Position numbers and translations under genes: made by a program
Notes under the pieces: generated by a model
Seen by the model: only the letters and a program-made list of their open reading frames with translations
Told to the model about the DNA's origin: nothing
Databases searched by the model: none
Part shown: positions 20,695-31,478 of the stretch, piece after piece
Layout of the letters: each line of letters begins with the position of its first letter
Numbering within the stretch: the first letter of the stretch is position 1
Origin: an uncultured Chloroflexia bacterium
Lineage (GTDB): Bacteria; Chloroflexota; Limnocylindria; Limnocylindrales; CSP1-4
Assembly: GCA_963720495.1 (NCBI GenBank)
Contig: CAVRFU010000014.1
Span: 14,844-78,843, forward strand
Direction of reading: 5' to 3'
Length of the DNA: 64,000 bases

Positions 20695-21857
20695 TCAGGT
20701 CACGGCCGAGCCAGGTCCCTCGTTCGTGGCCGGCGGCGACGACGGCCGGTCCTCGGCCGGATCGTCCTCGGCCGGGTCGCCGTCGTCGTCGAGGTCGTGG
20801 TCCTCCACGCGGTCGGTGCCGAACTCGTCGCTGCCGTCGTCGTCGGGTTCCTCGTCGGTCGTCGGCTTCGTCGCCGTCGTCGTCCGTCGTCGTCGTCGTC
20901 GTCGTCCTCGTCGCCGGCTTCCTCGTCGTCGTCGTAGTCGTCGTCGTCGTCATCGTCATCGTCGTCGTCATCGAGCTCGTCGGGGTCGACCGGCCGCCCG
21001 ATGGCGCCCCACGTCTGGTCCGCCGGGAACGTGGCCGGGTCGTCCAGGGGTGCACCGGACCGGTGCCGCCAGAACAGGATGACCAGCGCCCCGAGGATGA
21101 ACAGGGTGGACACGATCTGCGCGGTCGGGACGCCGAAGAACGTCCAGTTGTCCTCGCGGAACGTCTCGAGCGTGAACCGCACGGCGCCGTACCAGACGAA
21201 GAAGACCAGCAGCAGGTCGCCCGGCCGCAGCCGCTTGCGGGCGTGGAAGCCGAGCCAGATGAGGACGATCGCGCCGAGCGCCCCGGACAGCGACTCGTAC
21301 AGGAACAGCGGGTGGAAGCGCGTCGTCTCGGGCAGGACCGCGCACGTGTAGTCGAAGCCGGCCCCGGCGATCCGGTGCGCGCAATCGATCGGGATGCCCC
21401 ACGGCAGGGTCGTCGGCGAGCCGTACAGCTCCTGGTTGAAGAAGTTGCCCCAGCGCGCGATGGCCTGCATCACGAACAGGCCCGGCGCGATGATGTCCGC
21501 CCAGCGCAGGAACGGGACCTTCTTGTAGCGCGCGTACAGCCACGCGGCGATCGTGCCCGTGATGATCCCGCCGTAGACGCCGAGGCCGGAGTACGGCGGC
21601 AGGAAGATCTTGATCGGGTCGTCCTTGTACAGCGCCCACTGGTCGATGACGTGGTAGGCGCGGCCGCCGATCAGCGCCGCGACCGCGACGATGATCATGC
21701 CGTTGCCCAGGATGTCCGCGTCCTCGCCGGCTCGCCTGGCCAGCCAGATCATGACCAGGTAGGCGGCCGCGAGACCGACGGCGTAGCCGATCCCGTACCA
21801 GTAGACGGGGATCGGACCGAGCGTGAAGGCGATCGGATCCGGGGTGAAATCGAGCAT
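20695..21857 (-). CDS. lgt: Prolipoprotein diacylglyceryl transferase with a long acidic tail
   Basis: PVYWYG, IGGRAYHV, RWGNFFNQELYG, FHPLFLYE, RFTLETFR; indel in the Asp tract, restored frame ends ...GPGSAVT* at 20695. Confidence 0.92.
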
Positions 21858-21863
21858 CCGAGG

Positions 21864-21889
21864 AGTGTAGCGGCGGCGCTGCCTATACT
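21864..21889. promoter_or_regulatory. Back-to-back -10 boxes of two divergent leaderless genes
   Basis: TACACT (- strand, 21864-21869) 6 nt from the lgt ATG; TATACT (+ strand, 21884-21889) 9 nt from GTG 21899; no SD for either. Confidence 0.6.
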
Positions 21890-21898
21890 TCGCCGCGG

Positions 21899-22261
21899 GT
21901 GAATGCCGAGTTCAACGTCTGGCTGCTCATCGTCGGGCTCGTCGTGGGAGCCGGGCTGGTTTGGCTCGTCATCCTCGATTCACGACGACGCGAGTCCGAG
22001 ATCGACGAGGTCGAGCGGCTCGGCGAGGCCGCCTGGCTGTCCGCGGTCATGGCCGAGGAAGGCGTCGAGGTCAGCCCCGATACGGCCGATCGCATGCTCC
22101 AGCTGCACCGCGCCTACCTGGAGGCACCGCCACCGGATGGCGCCATCGGCGGAACGGCGGCGACGGTGACGGACGAGCCGGCGGCGGATCAGCCGGCGCC
22201 CGAGGACGCCGGGTCAGAGCCCGCCGAGGAGGACCGGGTCGGTCTCGAGGGTGGTGCCTGA
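21899..22261 (+). CDS. Hypothetical single-TM protein
   Basis: N-terminal hydrophobic helix, acidic tail. Confidence 0.7.
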   Translation: MNAEFNVWLLIVGLVVGAGLVWLVILDSRRRESEIDEVERLGEAAWLSAVMAEEGVEVSPDTADRMLQLHRAYLEAPPPDGAIGGTAATVTDEPAADQPAPEDAGSEPAEEDRVGLEGGA

Positions 22262-23105
22262 GACGCCGACCAGGGACACCCCGAAGGTCGCGCCCGTCGA
22301 GACGTCCGAGATGGCCGGCGCCGGGCCGACCCAGTAGGCGATGTCCTCCGCGAAGAACATCTTGCCGATCCGCTGACGCGAGCCCTCGACGCTGACCCAG
22401 CAGCGGTACTCGTAACCGGCGGGCGGCGGCACGAGACCCGTGGCCACGACCACCAGCTCGGTGGTCGACGGCGAGAAGACCAGGTTGCCGTCGGCGGCCG
22501 GGTCCGTGACGCCGGCCAGCGTGACGTGCTCGGCGTCGGGCTGGGCGATCACCGCCATCGTCGTGACCGTGACGTCCTCGAGCGCCGAGATCGTCTCGGC
22601 CTGGGCGGCCAGCTGGGCATCCACCCGGGAGCCGACGACGAGCGTCGTGGTCAGCACGGACAGGACGACGGCCGCGGCGATCGTGGCGACCATGCCGAGA
22701 GCCGGCCAGGTCCGCCGCCCGGCTCGCGGCGCGACGACGACCGCCGGCAGGTGGCGAGGCCGGCGCCCCGGCGGCCGGAGGCGTCGTGGAGAGGGCCGCG
22801 GCTGCCGCGACGTCTCCGGCGCCGGCCGGCGCCGCGGCGGCCGCCAGCGGGCGCGGCACGCCCTCGGCACGCACGGCGGCGAGGGTCCGGGCCCGAAGGT
22901 CGTCGGGCGGAAGCTCGCGGACCGCGGATCGGATGAGCGCGACCGAGCGCTGCAGCCGGACGAGCTCCTGGCTGCACTCGTCGCAGCCGGCGAGGTGCGC
23001 GGCGACCGCCTGGGCCGTGGCGGTGTCGCCGGCCATCAGGCGCTCGAGGCCGCCCGGCTCGGCCGCGGCCAGGTCGAGCTGTTCGCGCGTGGCGTCGTGG
23101 TCCAT
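22214..23105 (-). CDS. Zinc-binding (ZAS) membrane anti-sigma factor, RskA-like; frameshifted
   Basis: HLAGCDEC (HxxxCxxC), TM helix, YRCWV...FGVSL C-terminal domain; directly after the ECF sigma gene. Confidence 0.8.
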
Positions 23106-23112
23106 CGTGTCC

Positions 23113-23787
23113 TTATCGATCTTCGCCGGCGGGCACCGGCATCATGGCATCGGCGGCGGGGCCGAACTCGGCCCCGAGGCCGGCCCGCAGCCGTTGGAGC
23201 GCCCGGCGCGTCCGCGTCTTGACCGTGCCGAGCGGCCAGCCCAGTCGGGCCGCGATCTCGGCCTGTGAGAGCTCTTCCTGATAGGCCAGGAGGATGACCG
23301 TGCGCTCGTCCTCCGGCATGACCGCGACCGCTTCCCGGATCGCATCCCGCAGCCCCACCGCCGCGAACGCGTCCTCCGGACTGGCGGGGGCGCTCGCGCC
23401 GGCGATCACCGACCCGCTGGACGCCAGTCGCTCGAGCGCCTGCGTCGCGTCCTCGTCGGTGCCGGCCGCCGAGGTGAGGTCGATGAGGTTCGGACGGCGA
23501 CCGGCCGCCCGAAGACGGTCGATCGCCCTGTTGCGCGCGATCGCGTGGAGCCACGCACCGAGCGACCCGGTCCCGGGATCGAAGGTCTCCGCGCGGTTCC
23601 ACAGGATGAGGAATGTCTCCTGCACGACTTCCTCAGCTGTCCCTCTGTCCGATGTGAGGCGATAGGCGGCGGCGAAGATCGCCGATCCGTAACGGTCATA
23701 GAGCGTCTCGAGGGCGGCCTCCGACCCTGCCGCCATCCGGAGGACGACCACAGCGTCATCGGTCGACCCCTCTCGACCATTCGTCAT
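23113..23787 (-). CDS. ECF sigma-70 factor (SigK-like)
   Basis: AEEVVQETF, WLHAIARNRAIDRLR, SQAEIAARLGWPLGTVKTR. Confidence 0.92.
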   Translation of the reverse strand: MTNGREGSTDDAVVVLRMAAGSEAALETLYDRYGSAIFAAAYRLTSDRGTAEEVVQETFLILWNRAETFDPGTGSLGAWLHAIARNRAIDRLRAAGRRPNLIDLTSAAGTDEDATQALERLASSGSVIAGASAPASPEDAFAAVGLRDAIREAVAVMPEDERTVILLAYQEELSQAEIAARLGWPLGTVKTRTRRALQRLRAGLGAEFGPAADAMMPVPAGEDR

Positions 23788-23862
23788 GGCATACGTGCCG
23801 GCGCGTCCATCGGATTTCCCTCCGCGAGGCGATAGCCTACCCCGGAGAGGCCGGATGGGCGC

Positions 23863-24183
23863 TCACCACGTCCCGGCCGCGCGGCGAGCGACCCGATCGA
23901 GGGTCCCGGCCGGCCGGTGCGCCTCGAGGCAGGCCACGCCACCCGGTCCGACGACGGCGTCGTGGCTCGTGCCCGCCGGCAGCTCGAGGCGGTCGCCCGC
24001 GGCCAGGTCGACCGCCGTGTCGGTCGTGCCCGTCCCCGGCAGACCGAAGCGGATCGAGCCACGCTCGACGACGATGACCTTGTCGTAGCCGTGGTCGTGC
24101 GCGGCGTAGCGGTCGCCCGGTCCGTTCGACCAGCCGGTGGGGTCGAGGCCTTCGGCGCGAAGCCGTGCGGTGAGATCGGCCAT
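23863..24183 (-). CDS. Small cupin protein
   Basis: YAAHDHGYDK and LPAGTSH motifs; start at MADL. Confidence 0.75.
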   Translation of the reverse strand: MADLTARLRAEGLDPTGWSNGPGDRYAAHDHGYDKVIVVERGSIRFGLPGTGTTDTAVDLAAGDRLELPAGTSHDAVVGPGGVACLEAHRPAGTLDRVARRAAGTW

Positions 24184-24197
24184 CGGGTCCGGGCCGC

Positions 24198-25379
24198 TCA
24201 GACCGCGCCCACGCCGATGATCGAGCCGATCAGGTAGGTCACGAGGGCCGCGGCCAGCCCGATGCCGAGCTGCCGGAAGCCGGAGAAGATCAGGCCGCGT
24301 CCGGTCAGCAGGCTCACCGCGGCGCCGACCGCGAACAGGGCCACGAGGCTGAGGCCGAGGCTGACCAGGAGGACCGCGGTCCCGCCCCCGAACAGATACG
24401 GGATGACCGGGATGATCGCGCCGATGGCGAAGGCGACGAAGGAGCCGGCGGCCGCCTTCCACGGCGAGCCGAGCTCGTCCGGATCGAGCCCGAGCTCCTC
24501 GCGGACGAGCGTGTCGAGGGCCGTCGCCGGGTCGCCGAAGATCCGGTGGGCGATCCCCGCCGCCTCGTCGGGCGCGAAGCCCTTGGCCCGGTAGGCGGCG
24601 GCCAGCTCGGCCTCCTCCTCCTCGGGCATCGCCTCCATCTCGGCCCGCTCGAGCGCGATCTGGCGCTCGAACAGCTCGCGCTGGCTCTGCATCGAGATGT
24701 ACTCGCCGGCGGCCATGCTGAACGCCCCGGCGAGCAGACCGGCGATCCCGGCGAGCAGGATGAAGCTCGGGTTGCCGGACGAGGCACCGGCCACGCCCAT
24801 GACGAGGGAGAGGTTGCTGACGAGGCCGTCGCTCACCCCGAAGATCACCGCGCGCAGCGTCCCGGAACGGCCGCCGGTGCGATGCCAGGCTTCACGGCTG
24901 CCGATCTCGGCGGCGCTGGTGGCCCGGCCGGCGATGGCCACGCCGTCCCGGCCATCCCCGGTCACGTCGCCGAACTGGTCGCCCGCCTTGAGCTGGTCCC
25001 AGATGATCGCGTGCTGGCGTTCGTCGGCGGCGATGGCGGCCACCTCGGGCGACGCGCCCTGGGCGACGTACAGGCCCTCCTCGTCGCCCTCGAGGGCCTT
25101 GACCAGGTCGGCCACCGCACCGGTGCCGAGGAGGCGGGCCGCGACGATGATGAACCGGACGCGCATCCGCGGCCGGTCGGGCGCCGGCACGGTCGCGCCG
25201 AGCTCGCGCAGCTTGCCCGCCCAGATCTCGGCGTGCCGCCGCTCGTTGCCGGCGATCCGCCGGAACGCGTCGGCGCGGCGGGGATCCTTCTCGATGCCGG
25301 CCAGCGCGTCGTACAGGACGATCGCGTCGCGTTCCAGCTTGAGGTTGTCCAGGCTCTGGTCGACGTCGATCGGGGGCAC
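24198..25379 (-). CDS. Ferritin/rubrerythrin-like domain fused to a VIT1/CCC1 transporter (MbfA-like)
   Basis: ERRH and ERQH diiron motifs; FGVSDGLVS, AFSMAAGEYISM; likely leaderless GTG 25379. Confidence 0.88.
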   Translation of the reverse strand: MPPIDVDQSLDNLKLERDAIVLYDALAGIEKDPRRADAFRRIAGNERRHAEIWAGKLRELGATVPAPDRPRMRVRFIIVAARLLGTGAVADLVKALEGDEEGLYVAQGASPEVAAIAADERQHAIIWDQLKAGDQFGDVTGDGRDGVAIAGRATSAAEIGSREAWHRTGGRSGTLRAVIFGVSDGLVSNLSLVMGVAGASSGNPSFILLAGIAGLLAGAFSMAAGEYISMQSQRELFERQIALERAEMEAMPEEEEAELAAAYRAKGFAPDEAAGIAHRIFGDPATALDTLVREELGLDPDELGSPWKAAAGSFVAFAIGAIIPVIPYLFGGGTAVLLVSLGLSLVALFAVGAAVSLLTGRGLIFSGFRQLGIGLAAALVTYLIGSIIGVGAV

Positions 25380-25421
25380 GGCCGCATCGTAGGCCATCAC
25401 CGGCGGGTAGACTCGCGACCC

Positions 25422-26423
25422 ATGACCACCCCCGACCTCCGCCCGCTCCGCTACCTGTCCGCCGCCGACGTCATGGCGGCCATGCCGGACCTCGACGCTC
25501 GGCTGGACCTCGCCGAACGGACCATGACCGCCCTGGTCGCGGACGCGGAGCTGCCGCCCAAGATCGGCATCCACCCGCGACCCGACGATTCGGCGGTCCA
25601 CGCGATGCCCGCGTTCCTGCGCGGCGCGGACGGGACGGGCCGGGACGACCGGATCGGCATGAAGTGGGTCGCGATCTTCCCGAGCAACAACGCCATCGGG
25701 CTGCCGGCCATCCACGGCCTGGTCGTCCTCAACGATGCGTTGACCGGCCGGCCGCAGGCGATCCTCGACGGCGGCCCGATCACCGCGCTCCGGACCGCCG
25801 CCATCAGCGGTGCGGCCATCCGGCGCTTCGCCCCGGTCGTCACGGGTCGCGCGCCCCGGGCCGCCCTGATCGGCGCCGGCATCCAGGGACACGGCCACCT
25901 GCCGGTCCTCGGGCGGCTCCTGCCGGGCGTGGCCGTCTCGCTGTTCGACCGGCACCCCGACCGCCTGGAGACCCTGGCCGCGGCGGCACGCACGACCGAC
26001 GGGATCGGCAGCGTGACGTCCGCCCCGGACGCCCGGTCGGCCATCGCGGACGCGGACGTCGTCGTGACCACGGCATCGTTCGGGCCGGTCCGCCAGGTGA
26101 TGACGTCCGACTGGCTGACCGATGACGCGCTCGTCGTGCCGGTCGACTACGCGACGTTCTGCGCGGCCGACGTCGCCCGCGGCGCGGCCCTGTTCCTCGT
26201 CGACGACCGCGAGCAGTTCCTGGCCAATCGGGACGCGGGCCTGTTCGACGGCTACCCGGATCCCACCGCGATGCTGGGCGAGGCCTTCCTTGCCGGCACG
26301 CCGCGGCCGGCGTCGGGCCGGGTCGTCGCGACCCACCTGGGCGTCGGGCTCGCCGACGTCATCCTCGCGTCGGCCGTCCTCGAGCGCGCGGAGTCGCTCG
26401 GTCTGGGCGTCGAGCTGCCCTGA
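25422..26423 (+). CDS. Ornithine cyclodeaminase / mu-crystallin family protein
   Basis: HAMPA, GMKWV, ITALRTAA, LIGAGIQG, HLGVGLAD. Confidence 0.87.
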   Translation: MTTPDLRPLRYLSAADVMAAMPDLDARLDLAERTMTALVADAELPPKIGIHPRPDDSAVHAMPAFLRGADGTGRDDRIGMKWVAIFPSNNAIGLPAIHGLVVLNDALTGRPQAILDGGPITALRTAAISGAAIRRFAPVVTGRAPRAALIGAGIQGHGHLPVLGRLLPGVAVSLFDRHPDRLETLAAAARTTDGIGSVTSAPDARSAIADADVVVTTASFGPVRQVMTSDWLTDDALVVPVDYATFCAADVARGAALFLVDDREQFLANRDAGLFDGYPDPTAMLGEAFLAGTPRPASGRVVATHLGVGLADVILASAVLERAESLGLGVELP

Positions 26424-26504
26424 CCGCCTCGGTCAGAACGGCCAGATGACCCGCGCGAGGACGACCACGACCAGCAAGAAGTGTCAACTTCGTGAAGGGG
26501 ACCG

Positions 26505-29127
26505 GTGCGGATCCTGAAGCGCGGCCTCGGGTTGCTGCTCGTCGTCGTGCTGGTGGCGGTGGTCGCCGCGGCCGGCTTCCTCACCTGGGTCACCGTTCGC
26601 GCGATGCCGGAGACGACCGGGACGATCGCCGCGACCGGGCTCGGGGCACCGGTGACGGTCGCCCGCGACGCGGCCGGGATCGCGCACATCACCGCCGACA
26701 CGCCACACGACCTCTTCTTCGCCCAGGGCTACGTCCACGCCAGCGAGCGGATGTGGCAGATGGAGGTCTGGCGGCACATCTCGGCCGGCCGGCTGGCCGA
26801 GGTGTTCGGGGCGAGCCAGCTCGACACGGACAAGTTCATCCGGACCCTCGGCTGGCGCGTCGCGGCCCAGCGCGACCTCGACGCCGTCGCGCCGCCCGCC
26901 CGGGCCGTCCTCGATGCGTACACGCAGGGCGTCAACGCGTGGCTGGACACGCATCGCGGGTCGCTCGGGCTGGCGTTCCTCGTCGCCGGCGTCACGCCGG
27001 AGCCGTGGACGAACCTCGACACGATCGCGTGGGGCAAGGTCCAGGCGTGGAACCTCGGCGGCAACTTCGACTCCGAGGTGTTCCGGTACCTGGCCGACCG
27101 GCAGCTGGGCGACCCGGCCCGGACGGATGAGCTCTTCCCCGCCTACCGCGACGGCGCTCCGATCATCACCCCGACCGGCCTGCCCGGGTCGGGCGGCGCG
27201 GGCAACCCGCGCGCGAAGCCACCGACGGGCTCGGGTCCGACGGGGACGACGGCGGCCCCCGGCGACACGACGGCCGTCCGCCACCCCGAACGCGGCGCCC
27301 TCCCTCGGCCCCGATGAGGCCGCCGCCTGGCATGCGGTCGCCGGCCTCGGCCAGGGCCTCCTCCAGACGGCCGGATTGGACGCGGCGGCCGGCCTCGCCT
27401 CGGACCACGGGATCGGCTCCAACGACTGGGTCGTCGGCCCGACCATGTCGGCCAGCCGCGGCGCGCTGCTCGCGAACGACCCGCACCTGGGCATCTCGAT
27501 GCCGTCGATCTGGTACCTCAACGGGCTGCACTGCCGGACCGTGTCGACCGCCTGCCCGTACGACGTTGCCGGCGTCTCGTTCCCGGGCGTGCCGGGTGTG
27601 GTCCTCGGCCACAACGCCCGGATCGCGTGGGGTGCCACGAACATCGACCCGGACGTCCAGGACCTCGTCATCGAGAAGGTCGACCCGGCCGACCCGGGCG
27701 CCTACCTGCACGACGGCGCCTCCGTGCCGTTCACGGTCCGCCACGAGCAGATCAAGGTCAGCGGCGCGGCCCCCGTCGATCTCGAGATCCGCTCCACCGT
27801 CCACGGTCCCATCCTCAACGGGGTCGACGACCGCCTGGCCGACGCCCCGCCGATGGCCATCCGCTGGACCGCGAACCTCGAGGCGGACCGGACGTTCGAG
27901 GCCATCCTCGGCCTGGACACGGCGGCGAGCTTCGCCGACTTCCGTGCGTCACTGGCGCTGTACGGCGCGCCCGCCCAGAACTTCGTCTACGCCGACGTCG
28001 ACGGCCACATCGGCTACCAGTTCCCGGGCTACGTCCCGATCCGCTCGGAGAAGACGGACCGCGGCGATCGACCGGTCCGTGGCGATGACGGCAGCGGCGA
28101 GTGGACCGGTCGCGTGCCGTTCGACGACCTGCCCTGGCAGTTCGATCCCGTGGACGGCGTCGTGGTCACCGCCAACAACGCCGCAGTCGACGGCGAGTAT
28201 CCCCATTTCGTCGCCCAGGAATGGGATCCGGGCTATCGCGCTGAGCGCATCCTCGACCTCATCGCGCAGGCCGGGGCGGATGGCCTGACCGTCCCCGAGA
28301 TGGGGCAGATCCAGTTCGACGGGTCACCGCTGGCCGCCCGGGACGTGGTCCAGTTCCTCGAAGGCGCCCCGACGACCGCCGACGGCGCGCTCATCGCGAC
28401 TCGCATCGCGGACTGGGACGGGGTCTGTGACGAAGCGAGCGTCGGCTGCGCGGCGTTCAACGCCTGGCAGTACCGCGTCCTGCGCGACATCTTCGACGAC
28501 GACCTGGGGCCGCTCGCGCGGGACTACGTCGGCAGCCCGTTCTCGTGGGTCGTGCTCCAGGGGCTGCTCGACGACCCGACGTCGGCCTGGTGGGACGACA
28601 CCGGCACGACCGGCGTGACCGAGACCGCGGACGACATCGTCAGCCGCGCGATGGACGAGGCCGGTGCAGAGCTGCGCGCGGCGGTCGGGGCGCCCGACGG
28701 CTGGACGTGGGGCCGCCTGCACACGGCCACCTTCCGCGAGGCGACCCTGGGCACGAGCGGGATCGCACCACTGGAGTGGTACTTCAACGACGGTCCCCAC
28801 CCGGTCTCCGGCACGGCCGGGGCGATCAACAACACGTACGTCCGGTTCGCGTCGGCCTATCCGGACCCGGACGACCCGACGGTCGTGCCGGTGGGCATCG
28901 ACCACGTCTTCGACATGACCAACATGCCGAGCTATCGGCTGACCATCGACATGAGCGACCTCGATGGTGCCCGGGTGGTGATCACCACCGGCCAGTCCGG
29001 CAACCCGTTCGACCGGCACTACGCCGACCAGGTCGGGCCGTGGCGGCGCGGCGAGACCGTGCCGTTGCCGTTCACGGCGACCGCCATCGAGGGTGCGACT
29101 GTTGCGACGCTGACCCTGACGCCCTAG
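26505..29127 (+). CDS. Penicillin acylase (peptidase S45, Ntn hydrolase); frameshift in the spacer
   Basis: N-terminal TM, RDAAGIAHI, AQGYVHA, GSNDWV (Ser nucleophile), LANDPHL, GQSGNP. Confidence 0.9.
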
Positions 29128-29140
29128 GCGTCACGACCGG

Positions 29141-29698
29141 TCAGGCGCTCGGCGTGCCGGTGAAGTCCTTCTGGAGCCGCGCCGCGAACGGTGAGCGGAC
29201 GGGTACGTCCGGGAACACCGATGCCGCCTCGGTGGTCGGCGAGATCCATTCGACGAGGAGGCGATTGACGATGATCGTCGGCAGGTCGCGGGCGACGATC
29301 GCGCCGGCGACCTCGTAGGCGATCGTCGCATTGGTGAGCGGCACCATGGGGTCGCGCTTGAGGACGTCGGCGACCGCGTCGCTGCCGGGCTTCGTGTGCA
29401 ACCGGCCGAGGACCATGTACGGCCCGATCGAGAGGTGCAGCCGGTTGGTCTGGAGCGACACCCGCTGCTTCTCGTTGCCGCGCGGTCCGGTGGCGACGAC
29501 CGCGAGCAGGTCGCTCCGTTCGATGGACACGCTGTCGATGGCTGCCTTGTGGCCGTCCTCGAGGCTCTCGCACTCGACGTGGTGGACCAGGTAGCGCTCC
29601 TGGCCGTTGAGGAAGTCGGTCAGGCGCTCGCCGAACATGGTCATCTTGCCCATGATCGTGCAATCGGCGGCGAAACCGAGGAATTCGATCGGTTGCAT
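29141..29698 (-). CDS. Hypothetical protein with two DUF6812-like repeats
   Basis: RLTDFLN...SIERSDL and GRLH...VPLTNAT...IIVNR halves; native codon bias. Confidence 0.65.
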   Translation of the reverse strand: MQPIEFLGFAADCTIMGKMTMFGERLTDFLNGQERYLVHHVECESLEDGHKAAIDSVSIERSDLLAVVATGPRGNEKQRVSLQTNRLHLSIGPYMVLGRLHTKPGSDAVADVLKRDPMVPLTNATIAYEVAGAIVARDLPTIIVNRLLVEWISPTTEAASVFPDVPVRSPFAARLQKDFTGTPSA

Positions 29699-29766
29699 GG
29701 TCGCGCCACGCTAGCCCCGGACGATGGCCCCTCGATACGGGTCATTCGTACCACGGCCCGAGAGCC

Positions 29767-30102
29767 TCACTCGTTCACCTCGAGCGGGCCGTCGGGAACC
29801 TCGATCAGGATCCGTCCATCCTCGACGACCACGAAATAGACCGCGAGCGGCAGCTCCGCGGGTGGATCGAGCGGCTCGCCGCTCTCGAGGTCGAAGCGCG
29901 ACAGGTGCAGCGCGCAGGTCAGGGTGCCGGCCGTCAGGAAGCCCTTGTCGAGCTCGAAGTACTCGTGGCTGCAGATGCCCTGGACGGCGCGGAGGTCGCC
30001 GTTGGAGTTGACCACCAGGACCTGGTCGGTGCCATCCACCCAGGCCATCTTCATCGTGCCCGGCGGGACCTCGTCGACCCCCAGGAGGTCGATCCGTCTC
30101 AC
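29767..30102 (-). CDS. Rieske [2Fe-2S] ferredoxin
   Basis: CSH and CALH ligands, SRFDL; GTGA overlap with sufD. Confidence 0.88.
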   Translation of the reverse strand: MRRIDLLGVDEVPPGTMKMAWVDGTDQVLVVNSNGDLRAVQGICSHEYFELDKGFLTAGTLTCALHLSRFDLESGEPLDPPAELPLAVYFVVVEDGRILIEVPDGPLEVNE

Positions 30103-31478
30103 GCGGCGGCGACGCCACCCGTGCCGAGGCCCGCGCCGGCGTCCCACTTCGCGTCGAGACGTTCGCGCAGCCGATCCTGGGCCTCGACGAGCGGGACGCG
30201 GGCGACGACGGGCTCGAGGAAGCCGAGGACGATGAACTTGCGCGCCTCGTCGGGTGGGATGCCGCGGCTCTCGAGGTAGAACAGCTGGCTCTCGTCGATC
30301 GGACCGACCGAGCTCGCGTGGGCCGCCCGGCGGCAGTCGGGCTGGTCGATCTCGAGGCTCGGGATGGCGACCGACCGGGTCGCCTTGGACAGGTTCATCC
30401 CGAACTCGCCCAGGTAGCTGTCGGTCCCGACCGCGGTCTTCTCGATGACGATCATGCCCTTCATGAAGGACTTGGCCTTGTCCATGAGGGCGCCCTTCGA
30501 CAGCAGGTTGCCGGTCGTGTCGCGGCCGTGGTGACGCGTGTAGGAGGTCAGGTCGAAGAGCTGGTCCTCGCCGCCGAACACGATCTCGACCTGCTCGACC
30601 GAGCTCCGGTCGCCGTCGAGGACGTTGTCCACCCGGCTCCGAACGAGCCGGGCACCGAGCTGGGCGACCGCCCAGTGGAGGGTCGCCCCCTCGCCGACGA
30701 CCGCGTGGCGATGCTGGAAGGCGACCGTCGAGACGGGCAGCTCCTGGAGGCTCGAGACCGACAGCTTCGCCTCCCGGCCGAGCGTCACCTCCATCGTCCC
30801 GGTGAAGAGACCCGGCCGATCGTCGACCTCCGAACCCGACGAGACGAGCTCCTCGAGCAGGCTGATCTCGGCCCCGTCGCCGAGCTCGACGATCGTGCGG
30901 GTGAGGAGCGCCCGATCCGGCGCGCCGACCGCCCAGCGGATGACGATGGGCTCCGCCAGGCGCACGCCGGCGGGGACGCGCAGGACGACGCCGTGGGTCC
31001 AGCCCGCGCGGGTCAGCTGGGCGAGCTTGTCGTCCTCGGGCAGGGAGCCGGCTCGGGCGACCAGCGCCTCGGCGGCGTCATCGTCGATGAACTCGCCGAG
31101 CGGCTCGAGCGTGACGCCGGCGTCCGACGCGGTGGCGTCGAGCGCGAGGATCTCGACCCCGTCCTCGCGGAAGGAGGCGAGGCCGGCCGTCCCGGCGTCG
31201 GGCTCGGTGCCGCGCGGGAGCAGGTCGTCCGCGTGCGGTCGCGGGTACGGGTCGACGGCGTCGAGGACCGCCGTGCGCAGGTCGACGTAGGTCGTGTAGA
31301 GCATGTTCGACTCGATCGGCAGCGCCTCGAACCGGGCGAGGGCCGCCCGCCGGTCGGCACCGAGCCAGGCGGGCTCGCCGTCGGTGATCCGATCGACGGA
31401 CGCGCCGTCGATCGTGAACGAGAGGTCCGAGGGCGAGCGACGGGCGGGCCGGACGCGTGACGCCGGAGCGTCGGTCAT
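30099..31478 (-). CDS. sufD: Fe-S cluster assembly protein SufD
   Basis: IPSLEI...AAHASSVG, FYLESRGI; ATGA overlap with sufB. Confidence 0.88.
   Translation of the reverse strand: MTDAPASRVRPARRSPSDLSFTIDGASVDRITDGEPAWLGADRRAALARFEALPIESNMLYTTYVDLRTAVLDAVDPYPRPHADDLLPRGTEPDAGTAGLASFREDGVEILALDATASDAGVTLEPLGEFIDDDAAEALVARAGSLPEDDKLAQLTRAGWTHGVVLRVPAGVRLAEPIVIRWAVGAPDRALLTRTIVELGDGAEISLLEELVSSGSEVDDRPGLFTGTMEVTLGREAKLSVSSLQELPVSTVAFQHRHAVVGEGATLHWAVAQLGARLVRSRVDNVLDGDRSSVEQVEIVFGGEDQLFDLTSYTRHHGRDTTGNLLSKGALMDKAKSFMKGMIVIEKTAVGTDSYLGEFGMNLSKATRSVAIPSLEIDQPDCRRAAHASSVGPIDESQLFYLESRGIPPDEARKFIVLGFLEPVVARVPLVEAQDRLRERLDAKWDAGAGLGTGGVAAA

Noticed and set aside
26505-29127. Penicillin acylase as two separately encoded subunits or a programmed frameshift
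   Set aside because: The break lies in a C/G-run spacer, matches the window-wide indel pattern, and shows no slippery heptamer or second RBS.
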